Origin: an uncultured bacterium
GTDB lineage: Bacteria; Auribacterota; Erginobacteria; Erginobacterales; Erginobacteraceae
Assembly: GCA_963822585.1 (NCBI GenBank)
Contig: CAWGIE010000007.1
Location: forward strand, 160,001-224,000
Reading direction: 5' to 3'
Length of the DNA: 64,000 bases
Shown: positions 49,304 to 59,096 of the stretch, in pieces
Position numbering within the stretch: the first letter of the stretch is position 1
How the letters are laid out: every line of letters begins with the position of its first letter
Program-made: the position numbers and the translations under genes
Notes under the pieces: generated by a model
Seen by the model: the letters and a program-made list of their open reading frames with translations, nothing else
The model's database searches: none
What the model was told of the DNA's origin: nothing

Positions 49304-50299
49304 TCATCGGGCTTTAAAGACCGCGTACTTCTCCAGAAGTTCTTTCAGGCCGAGCAGTTCGGGATATCCGGTCAGGATTTCCCCGACTCTTTCGAAAACG
49401 GCCGGGATATGCTTCGCGTATCCGTCTTTCCCCTTCTCCACGGCCATGTAGCCGTAGGTACCTGCCGCTTTCAGCAAACGTTGAACCGCCATCATATCAT
49501 AATCCCGCTGAAAATCACCCGGAAAATTTTTTCCCCGGCGCGGAAACCGGCGTAACAGGTAATAGCATTTCAATTCATCCCGCGGGGCGGCGGGAAGTTC
49601 CGCGTACGGGTCCTCCAGGAGCGAGACCAGATCGTACGTATAGGGCCCGAGCCGGCCGTCCTGAAAATCCACGATCCGGAGTCGAGCGCCCTGCACCAGA
49701 AGGTTGCGGCTGTGGTAGTCCCGGTGGCAGAAGACCTTTTCCTGGGCCAGCGCTTCCCGGCAGACCGAGAGAAAGAACACCCGGAAGGCGGCCTGTTCTT
49801 CCGCGGAGATAGCTGCGCCGAGATATCCCCTGATGGTATGGTCCAGGAAGAAGTTGAGTTCCCCGGCGAACTTTTCCTCGTCGAAGGGGGGATTGAGCCG
49901 GGCCACGGCGGGAGAGACTTCTTGCTGCATGGTGACGATCATGTCGATTGCCTGCCGGTAGAGCGGGAGCGGATTACGACGACGGATACTGTCCTGGAGC
50001 AGTTCGTCGCCGCAATCTTCGGCCACGATATACCCTTCCCGGGGATTGACTTCGTCCAGCGCCGGGACCGGCAGGCGGACCGCGGCCAGGTTCTCGTCCA
50101 TCAGGGCGTAACGGACGATCTCCTCCTCATCCGTCTCCTCCGGGAAAACGATCAAGATCGCGCTCGGCCGTTCTTCTGCTCCCGAGAGCGGCAGCCGGAA
50201 AAACCGCCGGGCGGAAGCGTCCCCCGTCAGGGGAGTGACGTCTTCCTGGGCAATTCCCAGCTTTTCCAGTATCGCCTCGATTTTTCGGTCGGATTTCAT
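49304..50299 (-). CDS. APH-family phosphotransferase (AmgK-like anomeric sugar kinase)
   Basis: GDAS.RRFFR, EDCGD, CHRDYHSRNL, DFQD.RLGP..YDLVSLLED.Y, QR.LKA.G. Confidence 0.88.
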   Translation of the reverse strand: MKSDRKIEAILEKLGIAQEDVTPLTGDASARRFFRLPLSGAEERPSAILIVFPEETDEEEIVRYALMDENLAAVRLPVPALDEVNPREGYIVAEDCGDELLQDSIRRRNPLPLYRQAIDMIVTMQQEVSPAVARLNPPFDEEKFAGELNFFLDHTIRGYLGAAISAEEQAAFRVFFLSVCREALAQEKVFCHRDYHSRNLLVQGARLRIVDFQDGRLGPYTYDLVSLLEDPYAELPAAPRDELKCYYLLRRFPRRGKNFPGDFQRDYDMMAVQRLLKAAGTYGYMAVEKGKDGYAKHIPAVFERVGEILTGYPELLGLKELLEKYAVFKAR

Positions 50300-50330
50300 G
50301 GAGCAGCTTTTTCTTTTTGCGCTGAAGATT

Positions 50331-50489
50331 TCCTGATAAACTCTGTCGGTTGTTTATAAAGCTTATCTTCCGGCTCTCTGTCTCTATCAGTCCATAACCT
50401 GATATCAAAGAATTATTTCGACGTATATTGGATTTTACAGAGGAATTTTTAATATCATAGAAATAATTCTCCTCAAGTAATAGTTGCTG
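50331..50489 (+). repeat. attI-like dispersed element, copy B
   Basis: Homologous to 21151-21312; ends CCTCAAG-TAATA-GTTGCTG. Confidence 0.6.
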
Positions 50490-50531
50490 TCGCCGACAGC
50501 GGCGATATCATTGTTTCCGAAGGTTATTGAC

Positions 50532-51425
50532 ATGAAATACATCTTGATAAATATCCTTTTGCTGACACTAATATATTCTGCTTGCGATTCAACCAATTCA
50601 AACGCTCTTCCTCCAATAGAGATGGTTTATATCCCCGGTGGAGAATTCATCATGGGTACAAACCTGACTCCGAAGCAAATTCTCGGAGACAGATATGTTC
50701 ATAAAACTTCCTTTCTGGGATTTGAACTATATAGCTTTGATGACTCAGATCTTGTTTCCTTAGACCAATCCCATCCCGCGCATAAGGTTTATATTAAGGG
50801 ATTTTATATTTCCAAATACGAGGTGACGGTGGATTTATTTAAAAAGTATCTGGAGGAAACCAAACTCGAAGCTCTGGGTAAAAAAGAAAATATTACTTGG
50901 GGGAAACACCAAGGGAATTACCCTGTAAATCATATAAGTTATAATGATGCTTTGGAATTCTGCCGCTGGCTTTCCGACAAGACAGGGATCGGATACCGTT
51001 TACCCACGGAAGCGGAATGGGAGAAGGCGGCCCAAGGCGGGAAAAAGAATATTTTTCCCTGGGGCAACTCCCTTGATAAAATGCCTAAAGGATTAAGGTG
51101 CGGACCAGTGGGTTCTTATCCACCAAATCCATATGGGATCTATGATATGGAGGCCAATGTAGCGGAATTCTGTTCTACTGATTACGCCCCCTATCCAAAT
51201 AGCGATTACACTCTCAAAAGCTGGGAACGGGGAAATAAAAAAGTAGCTAAAGGGGGATTTCCCTATGTTGATAGTATGACAGAAGTACTCTATATGTGCG
51301 CATATCGTCAGGCGGTTTCTCCCGAAGAGAGATACTGGTATTGCGGTTTTCGTTTAGCGGCTGATTCTTTGAAAGCCGATTCAATAAATAAAGAAACCGG
51401 AAAACAACCTCCACACTCCAGCTGA
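50532..51425 (+). CDS. FGE-sulfatase/SUMF1-domain lipoprotein
   Basis: AT-rich; lipobox YSAC; MV.IPGG.F.MG, YEVT, YRLPTEAEWEKAA, PNPYG.YDM..NV.E, GFRL. Confidence 0.9.
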   Translation: MKYILINILLLTLIYSACDSTNSNALPPIEMVYIPGGEFIMGTNLTPKQILGDRYVHKTSFLGFELYSFDDSDLVSLDQSHPAHKVYIKGFYISKYEVTVDLFKKYLEETKLEALGKKENITWGKHQGNYPVNHISYNDALEFCRWLSDKTGIGYRLPTEAEWEKAAQGGKKNIFPWGNSLDKMPKGLRCGPVGSYPPNPYGIYDMEANVAEFCSTDYAPYPNSDYTLKSWERGNKKVAKGGFPYVDSMTEVLYMCAYRQAVSPEERYWYCGFRLAADSLKADSINKETGKQPPHSS

Positions 51426-51536
51426 CCAGAGCCAGTGACGAGGGTTCTGGCATTTGTATTAAGCGTTATATTATCCGGAATTCGTTTACACCTGGTGAGT
51501 TTATCTCGCCGGAGTAAAATCAAAGGGAGGGAAAAA

Positions 51537-51932
51537 ATGAGTTCACCATCAAGAACGGTTACCTGGCTGGGGATTATTCTGATCCTGATTGCCGGACTCA
51601 TCCATTTCATCGAAGCACCCGACGCTTTTGAAGATATAACGTACAAAGGGGTGCTGTTTATCCTCAACGGGCTGGGCGCGGCCGTCGCGGCCATCGGCAT
51701 CTACCGGGGCGCGAGAAGCTGGGGCTGGTCGCTGGGGCTCATCATCACTGCCCTGACCGTCATCGGCTATGTCGCCAGCAGAACGGTGGGGCTCCCCGGT
51801 CTGCCGGCCGAACCCGAAGAGTGGCTGGAACCGCTCGGGGTGGTATCGGTCCTGGCGGAAGCCGTCTTCGCCGGCATTGCTCTGAAGGTATTATCGGGTT
51901 CGGATCACCGTTTCACGTTGCCCGATAAATAA
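51537..51932 (+). CDS. Four-TM hypothetical membrane protein
   Basis: GGGAGG before ATG 51537; GLIH, Y..SRTVGLPG, W.EPLG. Confidence 0.7.
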   Translation: MSSPSRTVTWLGIILILIAGLIHFIEAPDAFEDITYKGVLFILNGLGAAVAAIGIYRGARSWGWSLGLIITALTVIGYVASRTVGLPGLPAEPEEWLEPLGVVSVLAEAVFAGIALKVLSGSDHRFTLPDK

Positions 51933-52034
51933 TCAAGCATAAAAACAGGGGCGCCCGGTTACCCAGAACTGGTCCACCGAGATCAGCCTGATCCGCCGGC
52001 GGACCGGGGGAGGGAGAATTTAGGAGTCTTTCCG

Positions 52035-52640
52035 ATGAAGCATGATACTATAGAAGAGGTTCTTGTTTTTTGGTTCGGCCCCTTGCCGGACGATTCGTAC
52101 TGGCCGGCTGAAAAAGCCGAGCGCTGGTTTAAAAAAGATCCTTCTTTCGACGCCGAGATCAGGGAACGCTTCGAAAGCCTCCTGAAGGCGGCGAGCCGGG
52201 GGGAGAGAGACGATTGGCTGGACACCACCCGCGGGACCCTGGCTTTCGTTGTTCTCCTCGATCAATTTTCCCGAAACATGTACCGGGATCGCTCGGAGGA
52301 GTATGCTTTCGACACCCGTTGCCTCCGGGTCGTCCGGCAGGCACTGGAGAAGGGTATCGATAAAGAACTGCGCCCGGTCGAGCGGAAGTTCCTTTATATG
52401 CCCCTGATGCATTCCGAGGATATCGATGATCAGAAGCTCTCGATCTCCGTTTTTACCCGGCTGCGGGACAACGCTCCCGAACCGTTGAAGGAGTATTTTC
52501 AGTTAACGCTTGATTACGCGTACCGTCATAAGGCCATGATCGATCGTTTCGGGCGGTTTCCCTACCGGAATAGGCAATTGCGGAGGCCATCAACCGCCAA
52601 GGAGATCGAGTTTCTCAAGAGACCGGACTCCCGGTTTTGA
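52035..52640 (+). CDS. DUF924 family protein
   Basis: VL.FWF, LLDQFSRNMYR, FLYMPLMHSE, RFGRFP.RN..L.R.ST. Confidence 0.92.
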   Translation: MKHDTIEEVLVFWFGPLPDDSYWPAEKAERWFKKDPSFDAEIRERFESLLKAASRGERDDWLDTTRGTLAFVVLLDQFSRNMYRDRSEEYAFDTRCLRVVRQALEKGIDKELRPVERKFLYMPLMHSEDIDDQKLSISVFTRLRDNAPEPLKEYFQLTLDYAYRHKAMIDRFGRFPYRNRQLRRPSTAKEIEFLKRPDSRF

Positions 52641-52741
52641 AATACCGTCATTCCGACCTCATATTTTAAGTTTCTCTGATGATATTTACCTGATCCGGTC
52701 GGTGCGGGGAGCCCGGCAGCGAAGCGATATTATCAGACCGG

Positions 52742-53296
52742 GTGAAAAGAAGAGAACAGGTGAAGGAAACCGAACCACTGAAGCGTAAAAAACTGATCAT
52801 CTTCGACGCCGACGGCACGCTGCGTCGCTGCACCGTGCCCGGGCAGGTCTGCCCCAACTCCGACGACCAATGGGAACTACTCCCCGGCGTCAAAAAAAAA
52901 CTGGCGGAGTTTTCCTGGGGTTCCCCGGAAGAGGGAAAAACGGCTCTGGGGATCGCCAGCAACCAGGCCGGGATAGCGAAGGGGTACCTTACGGAAGAGG
53001 CGGCCGGGCGGATGATCCGCCAAACGGTTGCGGAGGCGGCCGGATTCACTCCGGTGGAAGGTTCGGTTCAAATCTGCCCTCATCCTTCCCGGGGCGATTG
53101 CGAGTGCCGCAAGCCCGGACCGCTCATGCTGCGGCGCCTGATGAAGTTCTGGGGCGTCGGACCCGATGACACTCTTTTCGTGGGGGACATGGAGAGCGAC
53201 CGGCTGGCCGCCGAGAACGCCGGCTGCGATTTCGCCTGGGCCCGCGACTTTTTCAGGTGGAATACTCCAAGGCCTCAAGAGCCCGAACTAAGATAG
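52742..53296 (+). CDS. HAD-IIIA hydrolase (GmhB/histidinol-phosphatase-like)
   Basis: FDADGTL, SNQAGI, CPH.....CECRKP.P.ML, FVGD. Confidence 0.85.
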   Translation: MKRREQVKETEPLKRKKLIIFDADGTLRRCTVPGQVCPNSDDQWELLPGVKKKLAEFSWGSPEEGKTALGIASNQAGIAKGYLTEEAAGRMIRQTVAEAAGFTPVEGSVQICPHPSRGDCECRKPGPLMLRRLMKFWGVGPDDTLFVGDMESDRLAAENAGCDFAWARDFFRWNTPRPQEPELR

Positions 53297-53497
53297 AGGC
53301 TGCTTCGGAACTTCAGCAAAGAGGAATCAAGTGGTGAAGCTTCGCTTCCTGCTTACCGGCAAGCAGGCACGGGCAGCATTAATACTGCAAGCCTTGCCGC
53401 AGGCAAGGCGATACTACATTTATTACATTTCCTACAAGTCCTGAACGGAGTGAGGGACGATCCTACATAAATTTGCGAGCGAAGCGAGCTAATTTAT

Positions 53498-54103
53498 ATG
53501 AATATATCGATCATTCTGGCTCATCCCGACAAGACGAGTTTCAACCACGCGATCGCCCGGTCCGCGGCCGGCCGGGCCCGGGCCAACGGTCACCGGGTCT
53601 TCCTGCATGACCTTTATGCCGAGGGGTTCGACCCTGTTCTTCCCGCCCGGGAGATCCCCGACGCCGCCCGGATTCCGGAATCGATATCCCGGCACTGTCG
53701 TCAGATCGCAAACGCCGGCGGCATCATTGTTGTCCACCCGAACTGGTGGGGCCAGCCCCCGGCCATTCTCAAGGGATGGGTGGACCGGGTGATCCGGCCC
53801 GGGGTCGCCTACCGGTTTCTCGCCGGCGACAGCGGAGAAGGAGTCCCCGTCGGTCTTCTCCAGGCGCGGGCGGCGCTGGTCTTCAACACATCGAACACCC
53901 CCCCGGCCCGGGAAAACAAGGTCTTCGGCGATCCTCTCCGGCTTCTCTGGAAGAACTGCGTCTTCGATCTCTGCGGGGTTCCCGTGTTTTACCGGCGGAT
54001 GTTCAGGGTTTTAGTCACCAGTACCCCCGGCAAACGGCGGCAATGGCTGGCAGAGGTTGAGAGCGCGGTCAACCGGCATTTCCCTCCCGATGAACTGGAT
54101 TAA
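53498..54103 (+). CDS. Flavodoxin-2 fold NAD(P)H:quinone oxidoreductase
   Basis: AHP...SFN.AI, DLY...FDP, P.WW...PAILKGWVDRV. Confidence 0.9.
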   Translation: MNISIILAHPDKTSFNHAIARSAAGRARANGHRVFLHDLYAEGFDPVLPAREIPDAARIPESISRHCRQIANAGGIIVVHPNWWGQPPAILKGWVDRVIRPGVAYRFLAGDSGEGVPVGLLQARAALVFNTSNTPPARENKVFGDPLRLLWKNCVFDLCGVPVFYRRMFRVLVTSTPGKRRQWLAEVESAVNRHFPPDELD

Positions 54104-55079
54104 ACAGCTCCCCTGTAATCCCCTGCCGGCCCTCCTCGCCGCCAAGAACGATGCCCTGGTCTATTTTACCCGGCGGGACCTGCTCGGCGAGAAACCGGGA
54201 CCGGTGAACACTCTCTGGACGCTGCCGGAACCGCTTCGATACCTCCGCCGCCAGCGGGAAGACGGCGCCTGGCCGGCGACGGGACGGAAAGAAACCACCT
54301 ATCCCGCCATCAACCGCCGCCTCTATCCGACCTACAAGCACCTCCGGCTGCTGGTCGGGAAGTACGGGTTTGACCGGGACCATCCGGCCATACGGCGGGG
54401 GGTCGATTATATCTTCTCCTGCCAAACCCCCGAGGGGGATATCCGGGGAATCCTGGGTAACCAGCATATCCCCTATTACAACGGCGCCATTCTCGAAGTC
54501 GTCATCAGCGCCGGATACGGTGACGACAGGCGCGTGCAAAAAGCTCTCGAATGGCTGCTGAGCTACCGCCTTGATGACGGCGGCTGGACCATGCCTATTC
54601 TGGGAAAATGGCACCAAGATGCCGCCATATACGGGAAACCGCCCCTTCCTCTTGACCGCGCCCTTCCTTTCTCCCACTCCGTTACCGGCATGGTCATCCG
54701 GGCTTTCGCGGCCCACCCCGGATACCGGGATAAGAAAGCTGTTCGGGCAGCGGGGGAACTTCTTAAAGGCCGCCTGTTCAAAGAGGATGGATATGGTTTC
54801 CGCCGAGCCCCTCATTACTGGACGAAACTCCAGTATCCTTTTTTCTGGACCAGCCTGCTCACCGTCCTCGATTCCCTCTCTTGGTTCGGGTTTTCCAAAA
54901 CCGACAGAGATATTGTTCCGGGACTGGACTGGTTCCGGAAGAACCAGGCAGATGACGGTCTCTGGACGACCCGCTACGAAAAAACCCGTAACTGGACGGA
55001 GAAGGACCGGGAGAACAGAGCGTGGGTCGCCCTGGCGGTTTGCCGGATGCTGAGAAGGTTTTATGCAACACTTAATTGA
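54090..55079 (+). CDS. Prenyltransferase/squalene-cyclase-repeat protein
   Basis: Repeated Q..DG.W motifs (QREDGAW, RLDDGGW, QADDGLW); start at ATG 54090. Confidence 0.7.
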   Translation: MNWIKQLPCNPLPALLAAKNDALVYFTRRDLLGEKPGPVNTLWTLPEPLRYLRRQREDGAWPATGRKETTYPAINRRLYPTYKHLRLLVGKYGFDRDHPAIRRGVDYIFSCQTPEGDIRGILGNQHIPYYNGAILEVVISAGYGDDRRVQKALEWLLSYRLDDGGWTMPILGKWHQDAAIYGKPPLPLDRALPFSHSVTGMVIRAFAAHPGYRDKKAVRAAGELLKGRLFKEDGYGFRRAPHYWTKLQYPFFWTSLLTVLDSLSWFGFSKTDRDIVPGLDWFRKNQADDGLWTTRYEKTRNWTEKDRENRAWVALAVCRMLRRFYATLN

Positions 55080-55110
55080 ACGATATGTTATAGATTTAAT
55101 CTAAATAATA

Positions 55111-56172
55111 ATGATGCACTCTATTTTCTGCCTGTTTATCGGTTTATTCATTATGCAATCCGCCGTGTCAGCACAAACCGAGACGGAGACAGCCACCTTC
55201 GCCGGAGGCTGTTTCTGGTGCCTGGAACCGTCCTTCCGGGAACTGGAGGGCGTCGTGGACGTGGTTCCCGGATATACGGGCGGTCACACCGAACGGCCCT
55301 CTTACGAGGAGGTTTGTTCCGGGACGACGGGCCACGCGGAGGCCGTCCGGGTGACCTACGATCCTTCCCGGATATCCTATCAGAGCCTGCTCGACGTCTT
55401 CTGGAGGCAGATCGACCCCACCGACAAAGGCGGCCAGTTCGCCGACCGGGGGAGCCAGTACCGAACCGCCATCTTCTACCACAACCAGGAGCAGAAGCAG
55501 CTGGCCGAGAAGTCGAAGGAAGACCTGAATAATTCCGGCAAGTTCGATCGAAAGATCGTCACCGAGATCGTCCCGGCCGGCGCATTTTACGACGCCGAAG
55601 AATATCACCGGCAGTACTACCGGAAGTGCCCGGTCCGGTACAATATCTACAAGCAGGCCTCCGGCCGGAGCCGGTACCTGAAGAAGACCTGGGGAGCCGA
55701 GAAAGTAACGGCCCGGTCAACGGTAACCGGGGAGATGTCTAAGAAACCTTCCGCGGCCGAGTTGAAAAAAACGCTGACGCCGCTCCAGTACGCCGTCACC
55801 CAGGAGTGCGGGACGGAACGTCCCTTCGACAACGAGTTCTGGAACAACAAGCGGGAAGGCATCTACGTTGATATCGTCTCCGGGGAACCGCTCTTCAGCT
55901 CCGTCGACAAGTATGATTCCGGCACCGGTTGGCCGAGTTTCCGCAAGCCGCTGCAGCCGGAAAACGTCAAAGAAGTGGAAGACCGGAGTCTTTTCTCTTC
56001 GGCAACCGAGGTAGTGAGTATGAAGGGCGGCTCCCATCTGGGACACGTCTTCAACGACGGCCCCGCGCCGGCGGGGACGCGGTACTGCATCAATTCCGCC
56101 GCGCTCCGCTTTATCCCCAAGGAAGATTTGGAAAAAGAAGGATACGGCCGTTACCTTTATCTTTTTCAGTAA
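55111..56172 (+). CDS. msrAB: Bifunctional methionine sulfoxide reductase MsrA/MsrB, probably exported
   Basis: [41 protein letters not shown]; signal-like N-terminus. Confidence 0.95.
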   Translation: MMHSIFCLFIGLFIMQSAVSAQTETETATFAGGCFWCLEPSFRELEGVVDVVPGYTGGHTERPSYEEVCSGTTGHAEAVRVTYDPSRISYQSLLDVFWRQIDPTDKGGQFADRGSQYRTAIFYHNQEQKQLAEKSKEDLNNSGKFDRKIVTEIVPAGAFYDAEEYHRQYYRKCPVRYNIYKQASGRSRYLKKTWGAEKVTARSTVTGEMSKKPSAAELKKTLTPLQYAVTQECGTERPFDNEFWNNKREGIYVDIVSGEPLFSSVDKYDSGTGWPSFRKPLQPENVKEVEDRSLFSSATEVVSMKGGSHLGHVFNDGPAPAGTRYCINSAALRFIPKEDLEKEGYGRYLYLFQ

Positions 56173-56202
56173 GGGATCCGTCTCAGCCTCTCCCTCCTTT
56201 TT

Positions 56203-56910
56203 ATGATCTCGGAGATCCTCCAGGAAGAACTGCGGCGACTGGCCGACCCGGAACGGGCGGCCGCGTCACGAAGATTCTTTAAAACCGGCCCCGGTGAATA
56301 CGGTGAGGGCGATCTCTTCCGCGGCATCCGGGTCCCCTCCCTCAGGAAGCTGGCCCGCCGGTACCGCGAGGCCCCCCTCCCCGATATCGAGCGGCTCCTG
56401 GTTTCCCGCTTTCATGAGGATCGCCTGCTGGCCCTCCTGCTTCTTGTCAGGCGCTATGCCGGCGGCGAAGCGGAAAAACAGCGGCGGATCTACCGTTTTT
56501 ACCTGAGTCATACCGGTTACATCAATAACTGGGACCTGGTCGACAGCTCGGCGGAACATATCGTGGGCGATTATCTGGAAGGAAAAAGCAAAGCGCCTCT
56601 TTATGTCCTGGCCCGTTCCGGCTCGCTCTGGGAAAGGCGGATCGCTGTCCTGGCCACTTTCCGTTACATCAAGCGGGGGAGTTACGATGAGACGCTGAAG
56701 ATCGCCCGGGTGCTGCTCGGCGATCCGGAAGACCTGATTCACAAGGCGGTGGGATGGATGCTCCGCGAGGTGGGGAACCGAGAGCGGGGAACAGAAGAGA
56801 CGTTTTTAAAAACCTGCTACCGGCGGATGCCGAGAACGATGCTCCGGTACGCGATCGAAAAATTTCCCGAAGCCAGAAGGCAAGCCTATCTCCGGGGCGC
56901 CACTGAATAA
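56203..56910 (+). CDS. AlkD-like DNA alkylation repair protein
   Basis: FFKTGPGEYGEGD.F.G, NNWDLVD, DLIHKAVGWMLRE, MPRTMLRYAIE. Confidence 0.92.
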   Translation: MISEILQEELRRLADPERAAASRRFFKTGPGEYGEGDLFRGIRVPSLRKLARRYREAPLPDIERLLVSRFHEDRLLALLLLVRRYAGGEAEKQRRIYRFYLSHTGYINNWDLVDSSAEHIVGDYLEGKSKAPLYVLARSGSLWERRIAVLATFRYIKRGSYDETLKIARVLLGDPEDLIHKAVGWMLREVGNRERGTEETFLKTCYRRMPRTMLRYAIEKFPEARRQAYLRGATE

Positions 56911-57355
56911 CTGGGCCCGGGCGAAAAATATCACCACGAAGGACACGAAGATAATTATTGTCCCCCGCCCCGGCCACGATATAACCGCCAAGACACTGAG
57001 ACACAAAGCCCGCCCCGCGGCCGCTCATTATGCTATGCGATTGCATGCGATTGGGTTAGGAAAAGGGATCCTGCTTTTGATCTCTTTCCATAGCATGGTT
57101 CGTTATCTCCTGACCCATACAATATAACCTGTTACCCATGTCCCCGGATTGTACCGAGCGCAGCTCAATCGGGTGAGGGGCCCATTCGTCATTCGGATTT
57201 CGTCATTCGTACTTCGTCATTCTTTAATATCCTGCCGGAATCGAGAGGACCCGCTTATCGAGAAATCGCACTTCAACACCATAGTATTATTCGTGCCCTT
57301 CGTGTCCTTCGTGGTAAAATACTCGGTAAAATTTATAACTTGGCGAGGATTCGGA

Positions 57356-58159
57356 ATGATGAGAGTGAAAAAATATCGGCGGGTGAGATTAATCCGCGGC
57401 GGGGCCGGTAAGGGAGCAACCGTCCTGGCGGTCGTTCTCCTGCTGGCCGGATGCGCCGGCTATCAGAAAAAGGTCCAGGAAGAGGCCCTGGCGGGCATCG
57501 CCAGCGAAACGGGACTGAAGAAGGTGGATGTCCCCGGTACCGGGGGCGAGTATCTCGGCAAGGAGCACCGGGGATACCGGGTCCTCTATACCGGGAAAGC
57601 GGGAGACGTCTGGGGACGATACGCGGCCCGGCTGACGATGGGGGAGATCGGGAGGGAGGTGGGCGGAATCATGGCCTTCCTCACCAGCAGTTATGAATAC
57701 GGTGGGAATGTCGCCGGAAGCCCGCTTGACCGCCTCCTGGCTGACATGATCGGGCAGCCGATCTCCATCACCATGATTCTGGTCCACGGGAAACCGGACG
57801 CTCCCCGTCTCGACATCGTCGGCGACTACGCCAACGTTCTCCCGGAGGAGCAGCTGCCGAAGTTCAAAAGGCTGGGGATCGGCCCCGGTACCATCTATAC
57901 CCGGGACCAGACCTTCGGGCGGCGGATCGTGGAGAACACCGCCCTGATCGACCGGCTGGACGATATCTGGGGCGCCTATATCCGGGTCGATGGCGAAACG
58001 GTCTCCCTTTTCTGGGCCGGACAGGAGGTTGACTTCAGCCGGATGATCAATGACCACGGCGGTTATTATGAAATGCTCAACTCCTTCCTCGATGATCTGG
58101 CCGACATCGCCGACGCCATCCCTACACCGGGCGAATCCCGGGCCGAGAACGTGGAATAA
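57356..58159 (+). CDS. Hypothetical lipoprotein
   Basis: GAGG before ATG 57356; lipobox LAGC; GC-rich third codon positions. Confidence 0.65.
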   Translation: MMRVKKYRRVRLIRGGAGKGATVLAVVLLLAGCAGYQKKVQEEALAGIASETGLKKVDVPGTGGEYLGKEHRGYRVLYTGKAGDVWGRYAARLTMGEIGREVGGIMAFLTSSYEYGGNVAGSPLDRLLADMIGQPISITMILVHGKPDAPRLDIVGDYANVLPEEQLPKFKRLGIGPGTIYTRDQTFGRRIVENTALIDRLDDIWGAYIRVDGETVSLFWAGQEVDFSRMINDHGGYYEMLNSFLDDLADIADAIPTPGESRAENVE

Positions 58160-58163
58160 TACC

Positions 58164-59096
58164 GTGAAAGATTCCTGCGGCAGAACCATCGACTACCTGC
58201 GGATATCCCTCACCGACCGCTGCAACCTGCGCTGCCGGTACTGCATGCCGGAGGAGGGCGTGCCGAAATTTCAACACCGGGACATCCTGCGTTTCGAGGA
58301 AATCCGGCGGGTGTTGCGGATCTGCCGGGAACTGGGCATAACCAAGTTCCGCTTCACGGGGGGGGAACCGTTCCTCCGGAAAGGGGCGCTGGATTTCTTC
58401 GAGAGTCTCCCGGAGGGTGATTACCACATCACCACCAACCTGGCGATCGAGGACCTGGAGGCGGAACGGATCAACCGGCTCAATATAGCGGGACTCAACG
58501 TGAGCTGCGACTCCCTCCGGCCCGAGCGATACCGGCATATCACCCGGCGGGGGGAACTGCCGGTCTTTCTCGAGAACCTGCAACGGATCCGGGTCGATAA
58601 CCTGAAGATCAATGTCGTCGTCATCAAGGACTTCAACGAGGACGAGATCGTTGACTTTATCCGATTCGCCGGGGAGCACCGGGCCACGGTCAGATTCATC
58701 GAGAAGATGGACTTCGCTTCCGGTGAGCCGGAGTTCTCTTCTCTCTCCGGGGTCAAGGAGCAATTGATCCGGGAGGGGATCATCGATCCGGAGGGATACC
58801 GGATTCACAACTCCGTTTCCGAATACCACGCATTGACCGGGCAGGAGGGAGTGGTTGGGTTTATCACCCCGATCAGCCGCCACTTCTGCGGGACCTGCGG
58901 CAAGATCAGGCTCAAGGCCAACGGCGAACTGAAGTTATGCGTCTTTGAAAAAAGCGACTTTAACCTGAGGGACGTCCTGCGGTCGGAGACGGACGATGAG
59001 GCGATTAAACGGTGGCTGACGGAGGTTATCCGTCACAAGCCCGCCGAGCCGGCGATCAAGAAAAACCTCGAAACCATGGCCGAGATCGGTGGATAA
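58164..59096 (+). CDS. moaA: GTP 3',8-cyclase (radical SAM)
   Basis: GTG 58164; YLRISLTDRCNLRCRYC, TGGEP, FCGTC..IRL...G.LKLC; terminal IGG. Confidence 0.93.
   Translation: MKDSCGRTIDYLRISLTDRCNLRCRYCMPEEGVPKFQHRDILRFEEIRRVLRICRELGITKFRFTGGEPFLRKGALDFFESLPEGDYHITTNLAIEDLEAERINRLNIAGLNVSCDSLRPERYRHITRRGELPVFLENLQRIRVDNLKINVVVIKDFNEDEIVDFIRFAGEHRATVRFIEKMDFASGEPEFSSLSGVKEQLIREGIIDPEGYRIHNSVSEYHALTGQEGVVGFITPISRHFCGTCGKIRLKANGELKLCVFEKSDFNLRDVLRSETDDEAIKRWLTEVIRHKPAEPAIKKNLETMAEIGG

Noticed and set aside
50532..51425. Diversity-generating retroelement target (FGE/C-type lectin fold)
   Set aside because: No reverse transcriptase and no template repeat of the 3' end found in the window.
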